Assembly: GCA_964016885.1 (NCBI GenBank)
Contig: OZ024742.1
Location: forward strand, 298,902,001 to 298,966,000
Source: Eledone cirrhosa
Taxonomy: Eukaryota
Direction of reading: 5' to 3'
Length of the DNA: 64,000 nucleotides
The translations under genes were made by a program, and so were the position numbers. Every line of letters starts with the position of its first letter. Position 1 is the stretch's first letter. Positions 57,335 to 64,000 of this stretch are shown here, in pieces. The notes under the pieces are model-generated. The model did not search any database and was not told the origin of the DNA. It worked only from the letters and a program-made list of their open reading frames with translations.

Positions 57335-59479
57335 GTATTCCGATATATATATAACCATATGAACGCATGCTTGGTAGAAAGGTTAAGAAGATCGCTTCAC
57401 AATCGTAATGTCCATGATTCTATTTATCTGCATCACATCGTATGTGAATGTTTCCATCATAGGTTTCGAGTTGGACAACACTTTGTGACTAAAATTAAAT
57501 CGACGCAACCTACAAGGAAGCCCGTTTAATATATTGTATATCATACACTGACACATGCTATATGACATGGGAATTATATTCGGGTTTTACATGTCTATGA
57601 AATATTTAACCATCATTATGTACACGTTAATTCACGAGTTGGCTGTTCAGCTGATCGAAAACCTGAAAGACCCTTCTCGAAATCGACAGAGGTTCCACAA
57701 TATCACACTATGTTCTTTGTCATATTAACACTCAGAGCTACGTCGGAAACATTGTTCACCGTAATCTACGTCAAATATATTGAATCCTAACATCAAGAAT
57801 ATAATATGTCTTATGGTATTAAACGACGATAATGAAATATGGTGCGCAATATGTCGATTTTGAAAGTGACTTACACAATAATTGTTACTTAGAAAGTGTA
57901 CGCAGATAATACCCTGTTCATCTTTCGGAGTAATGTTAATAAATGATGGCGCCATTGGCTAATCTCTCGTGTGAAAGAAAATAGCTTTATTAGCTCACCA
58001 TTATTATTCACCAACCAGCAGATATTACTGTTCAATATAAACAGTCAGCAGCAGGTTACAGGCTGAAATTCCACTATACGGTACATGGGGAAGGAAGCTT
58101 CTTTACCGAATCCAATTTGATCACTTCCCCAAAATAGCTCGATCCTGAAACCATTTGTATACATGGTATCTAGCATGAAATATTGTCTTGGGTGTTTCTG
58201 GGAGGAACGTAAGCATTTGTTCAATACCGATTTGCTACACCAGATATGAAACATAACTATAGTATTTGGGTCAAAAAGCAATAAATATATATTTAGTTAT
58301 TCTTTTACTCAATGAGTCAGCTACTGTGTTAGTATCGTCTATTGGCATATCCTTGATAAGTCTGTCAGATTCCTGTACACTAAACCACGAAGTAGAATTT
58401 TCCCTTCCGAGGCGCAAATGTCTTTGATCAACTACTCATCAATAACTATGGAAAAAAACATAAGCTGGTAGGAATTTCAACGAGTTCATAATAAGTGAAA
58501 AAGATTGGACTAAGTGGTTAGCACAGAGGTTAGTGATGTACACCATATGTGTAACAAAGGAAGAGCGGATTCAAACGAAGCAGGTTGGGTTGCATGGAGA
58601 TAGCGCCAGCATATCTTTAATATGCTTTATAATTGAATGTTTTATTTGAATGTTTTAGGTACGTGCTGTGTATGAGTATGTAGGGTACATTTGTGTTTCA
58701 TTGAGATGATATACTTAATTTCATCATCATATCAGAGTAAACATATAACTGATACTGCTTTTGTTTCAAAACAAATTGTAATATATTCATTGCGCAAATG
58801 ATATAATGCACTGCAGATGAATATCAATTACCATCTCTGTTATACATTTAATTAATTACTATTCCTTAGCTTTGACTCATTCTCACATAGCTATGGACTT
58901 GTAGAAAAAACAATGTTATCAACAGACACTACCGTCATATAGCAAATAGTTAATATATTGTTAGTTTCATTATGTTTGGATATTAGAAGGAATAAGTCGT
59001 AATATTACATGTATGCATTCCTAATACAAATCGCTAAACGATTGAACCAATGTTCATAGAGAAATGGGAGAGACATTAAAACAGAATACGAGCTAAATAT
59101 TTCTTTGTCTACAACTGCATGTATGTTGGAAAGGGGAACATCATAAAAGGAATTAGTAGGAAATATATTGTGGCTCACGATTGCTCAGTATTTTACTAGT
59201 TTCAATCATTAAACTTCGGATATGCTGGGGTACTGATTTCAAGGGGAATTGTATTCGATCATATAGACCCTAGTACTCTTATATGATTGATTATCATTCT
59301 GTTAGCAATAGGATTTTAAACGGATAATATGCACATGTATAAAGCAAATTTTATATATTTAAGTGTGTAAAGTGCGTGACGTGAACAACCAATTTTACTT
59401 CAACACAAACAATGCACTACCAAGTACTTTGTAAAAGCAAATTAAAGCTAAATATAGCCTCCAAATTAAATGAAGTAAA

Positions 59480-59880
59480 ATAATACTGGATGCATTGTGG
59501 GCAGCAAAGGAATCCCCACACACAAGAATAGTAAGGACAACAAACACGGTCCCTAAACAACTAAACAGTAAGCAAATGGAAGCCCTGGGGCATAAAATGT
59601 CCGAAACATCTGAACGAAATATTTAACAATGACACGAGATGTTGATGGAGCCAGAAATGATATTTGACTCACTTACAAAAGGTAAAACCGTCCTGGGCCA
59701 CAGGAATAATGATGACACAGTAATTATCCAACTCTACAGACCCATAACATGCTTTCTACAATATACATGACATTAACTACGTATAATATCGCAGAAACGG
59801 AACAAGAATTGGGAAATAAAATCAACCAGTTTCCTGAAGAGCAGAAGGGATGCTGCAAGGCGTCACGTGGCTGTAAATTA
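59480..59880 (+). pseudogene. R4/Dong-like RT fragment
   Basis: LTKGKTVL, NYRPITCLSTIY (frameshifted relative to upstream) and FPEEQKGCCKASRGCK motifs. Confidence 0.65.
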
Positions 59881-62077
59881 TCCCACAGACACGTGGCTCT
59901 TAAAGTAGTTCACAAGGAGATTCAACCTGAGACATTGTATGAGCCGGTTGTCCCTTTGAATTACAGATTCAAGTCATTTTTGTCATCTCTGTAAAATCGC
60001 TACAAGTTCTTAGATGCGAAATTAGATTGTATTGAAGTAAGGGCCTGTTTCGGAGACCAAATAATTTTACCTGGAACTGAATAAAAACAAAACAGAAAGC
60101 AAAGCAGCAACAGAATCCAATAAACACAGATTTGAAACATCACAATCATATGTTAAAGTGGAAAAGTGAAGGTGATTTAGTAAAATAAAGAGCCAATATC
60201 AGGTAGGGTTATGAATTAAAGAAATCTTCAAACCTATGGTTAAAGTATCAATCACTTCTATGCTGTCACATATATTGAACAGATTACTGAAACCTGGTTC
60301 TCCAAAACACAATTACTATTAATTGAAGACATTCATCTTCTTGCCCACCTCCCTGTAGGCTACAGGATCTTCAAGTCAGTGCTGAACCAAAATATATATT
60401 GTCAGTTAGAAGACCAAAATATGGGCATGAAAATGATTCACAGCTAAAATAACTGCTTCCTAATTAGCAGACACTCCAGAGGAGGAAGTATCTGAGATTA
60501 AATATGTAACAGTGCTTCTTGTTCGTGGAATCTGGAATCATTAGACATGAAGAACCACATAATATTCAGCCATCAAATATAATATTAGTAAATAGAACAT
60601 TGCACAATTGTGCAGAAAGGGGAGCAGTAAATAAAATCAGTTCTTGTCAATAAATAGTTTTTGTGCTAAATTTTAGCATATTAAAAAATAAACACGACCT
60701 GAACCGAAGTTGTTTTATAGCTCGTATATTACTTTTAACTAATATACCCACAAAGATGTCATTTAAATGAATGATAGAGTTTAGAGACTAGTAAAACACC
60801 TGTTGCAGAAGGAACAAGGAATCAGCAGAAATACTGGCTGGAAAATGGGTTTTGAAATGTAATTTTAGACAAACTATTTGACAAAGAGGCATATACAATT
60901 GAGCAGAATATTTCACTAACGAGGAGGAAACTTACAAACCCTTATTACTAAAAGCACATGATACAACACGTCTGTAAACAAGAAAATAAGGTAAGGAATT
61001 ATATTCATATAATTTTAATACATGAGACTGAATTAAGAATCTAAATATCATAACTATCAAACGGTTCAGTTTCAGCTATTAGCCTGTTTAATATGTTCAA
61101 TTGGTAATTAGGTAAAGTAAACTGAACAGACAGATGGTGCAAGCCATGGAAAGTAAGGTTAGCATTTAAAATATATCTCCCAAAATAGGACATCCAGTGA
61201 AATATATTTACAATGACATAAGAGCCTGATAATAAAACTATTATAAAATAGCCATTATAGGATTACAAAACATTTATTGGGAAATAAAAGCAAGCTTATA
61301 CTAATATCTCGAAAACACGAACAAATGAGGAAGCAGTTTCATTCTATTAAGAAAAGCAATAACTATAAAACTGGCTGAATCGGCAGACACTAGTAAAGCG
61401 GAAATTTAAAACTGAAAATGATATTCCAAATGGCATAATAGGCAATGATTTGTAAAATATCTGCGCACACGGTGAATAACTGCCAGGAAACATAAGTAAA
61501 AATGTCAAGGCAGGTAAAACTCTCACCACTATATTCACTACCGTCTGAATTCAACGACAGGCCCAGGTTTTCTTGATGAAGATTGCAAACTGTCAATTCA
61601 CCAGCCACTCTCTGATAGGATTATCATTAACTCTATAGCGGTGAAAGCACCTAATGTTCTGGGACCCGAAATTACCTCCATACTTACTGCGATTAGGACG
61701 GGGATAGGTGTTAGCATGAATGAGTTCCAGAATGTGAACTGGTTCTTACAGTGCATTTTCCTCACTAATGTTCCGTCTAACGCACGCAATTCTTGCCAGC
61801 GCGAAATTGAGACAATTTACACCAACTAGCTAGTTCTTTTCAGTTGAAATATGATAAGTAACAGTTATAGATTATAAAGAATTGTTTGAATAGGTGCGTT
61901 TTATAATTGGAATTAACCGTTATAACGTCATACAATAAAAGTTGTATTGTATTTAGAAATCGGTGCTAACTTATAAATTATTAGCGATTAATGTTGATAT
62001 GGAAAGTTATACAATCACAAAATATGATCAAATCCACCAGAATGAAAACAAATGTATGAAATGTCTATATATATAAT

Positions 62078-62145
62078 ATCCAGTGATGTATTATTCATGT
62101 ATATAGTGTGGTTTGACCCAAACTAAGTATCAAGATGACATGTCA

Positions 62146-62193
<48 letters not shown>

Positions 62194-62261
62194 TGACATG
62201 TCATCTTGATACTTAGTTTGGGTCAAACCACACTATATACATGAATAATACATCACTGGAT
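62078..62261. repeat. Perfect 184-bp palindrome centred on (TA)n
   Basis: 62078-62150 is the exact reverse complement of 62189-62261. The centre is a pure TA run. Each arm contains the 16-bp palindrome agatgacatgtcatct. Confidence 0.95.
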
Positions 62262-62831
62262 GTTTCGTAGATTGAATAGTCTAGGTTGATCCCTGTCAGT
62301 TTCAACGATATGTGTACTGTGTTGGTTTTCTTTTTGTGTTTTGTATGTCAGGAAAGGGATATGCCTGTGACTAGCTTAAAAGCCTTATATCCCCAAACAA
62401 GAGACATAGCCCAATTGATTACAATAGACTAGATTAGACTTCGTTAAAGGCGTTCAAGAGCCACGTGGTGATATTAAATTAGATAACGGTATATGTCTAC
62501 CCTGTTTCATCCACGGAACTACTAGCTCGCTAAATTAGCGTGCAGGTAGTGTAATTAACACCCCTCACTTTGAACAGGTCAGATCAAACACTTTCCGTCA
62601 AACCAAATATATTAAAAGGTGTGTCTCGCCTAGGATACATACAGCGGGATCAAATCCGCAATGCCGTGATACTGAAGTGATCTTCCTAACCATCAGACCA
62701 CACTGCGTTTATTTACATACACATATACCCACACACATATAGATATCCATATATATATATCTATACATACATATATATCTGTATCTATATAGCTCTCTTT
62801 ATATGTGCGTATATATCTATATGTGTATATA

Positions 62832-62984
<153 letters not shown>

Positions 62985-63659
62985 ATATATACATACATAT
63001 ATATATATATATATAGCTGCAATTATATATATATATTAACCCTGAGCACTGTATCTCAAGAGAAACATGGGTATTATTAACATCTCTAATATTGTGACTC
63101 AAAATAGAAGAAATTCCCGGTATGTGAACAAGAAATATATATTCAAGATTTCATCAGCTATATTCACATTTATCTTGTTTCATGGCGTAACGAGAAATAC
63201 AAATGCACACACGCACACTCACAGACACACACACACATACATCACACCCGCATACATACATACAAAGATACATCCATACATACATACATATATAGATACA
63301 TACATACATACATACATACATACATACATACATACATACATACATACATACATGATGATGATGGCTGCCTCCTCGTTATCGAGTATGGCCATTGCACGAG
63401 AAAAGAAAAAAAAATTAATTAATAAAGAAAAAAGAAAAAAAAGAAATATATATATATACATATATATATATATACATACACACATACATACACATATACA
63501 CACACACACATATACACACACACATACATTAATAACAATAATAATAATAACAATAATAATAACGACAACAACAATAATAATATACATATACATATATATA
63601 TATACACATACACGCACACACATAAGCATATCTATACACACACACACACACGATAGCAA

Positions 63660-64000
63660 CTAACAGCGCTGCGATCGAATGTGGCTTTTTAGCCCAGCCA
63701 ATGATCTAAAATGTCTTGCACAGAGTCGGCAACCAAAACATTCACTGGGAATAGTCGGCTGTGGTTGGAGTTCGTGTACTTTTGCATGTCGCTTGAGCCC
63801 TCCTGCTGATTTACATTCTCTACCATATGTTTGGCAAGCATGATGAGTAGCATCTCCAACAGCAGCCTGGTAGTCAACCACTGGTCTTACTTTATGACTG
63901 CGAAGATGACTTTCGAGTCCAGCTTTGCTTAGGCAGAGTCTCGCACAGACGCTGCATGTCAGCACCATAGGAGAACCCTCGCCGTCTGGAAGTGCAAAAG
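63660..64000 (-). CDS. Three C2H2-like fingers, probably the C-terminus of an RTE LINE ORF running in from beyond the window
   Basis: CSVCARLCLSKAGLESHLRSH, CQTYGRECKSAGGLKRHAKVH and CRLCARHFRSLAGLKSHIRS match the RTE-type CxxCxRxCxSxxGLxSHxR finger. No TGEKP linkers. Confidence 0.6.
   Translation of the reverse strand, partial: FALPDGEGSPMVLTCSVCARLCLSKAGLESHLRSHKVRPVVDYQAAVGDATHHACQTYGRECKSAGGLKRHAKVHELQPQPTIPSECFGCRLCARHFRSLAGLKSHIRSQRC

Noticed and set aside
58045-58281. ORF with YTNG..FQP, reminiscent of a retroelement RNase H
   Set aside because: Catalytic residues are not conserved and the similarity is too weak to support by eye.
61390-61830. Moderately GC-rich stretch with several short ORFs (possible exon or gag remnant)
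   Set aside because: No recognisable motif, stops in candidate frames and no convincing splice pair.

Overview
This is AT-rich eukaryotic DNA with no recognisable host gene, rRNA or tRNA. The tRNA-derived SINE and the mariner MITE resemble octopus repeats, so a cephalopod source is inferred, not verified. The window is a mosaic of (TA)n/(CA)n microsatellites and decayed mobile elements: Penelope-like retroelements (PLEs; YRDD-type RT plus C-terminal GIY-YIG), RTE and R4/Dong-type LINE fragments, SINEs and DNA-transposon remnants. Most long ORFs in the track are microsatellite translation artefacts. The main signal is a recurring architecture. PLE 3' ends carry type I hammerhead ribozyme (HHR) folds (about 12 recognisable by eye, plus degenerate ones). 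They sit next to (TA)n tracts and often form fold-back insertions with both 3' ends pointing outward and a one-sided tail. Several HHRs have non-canonical cores that recur in unrelated families (U3-A8 covariant UUGANAA; U4C CCGANGA). All folds and family calls were made by manual reading, with no search or folding program.
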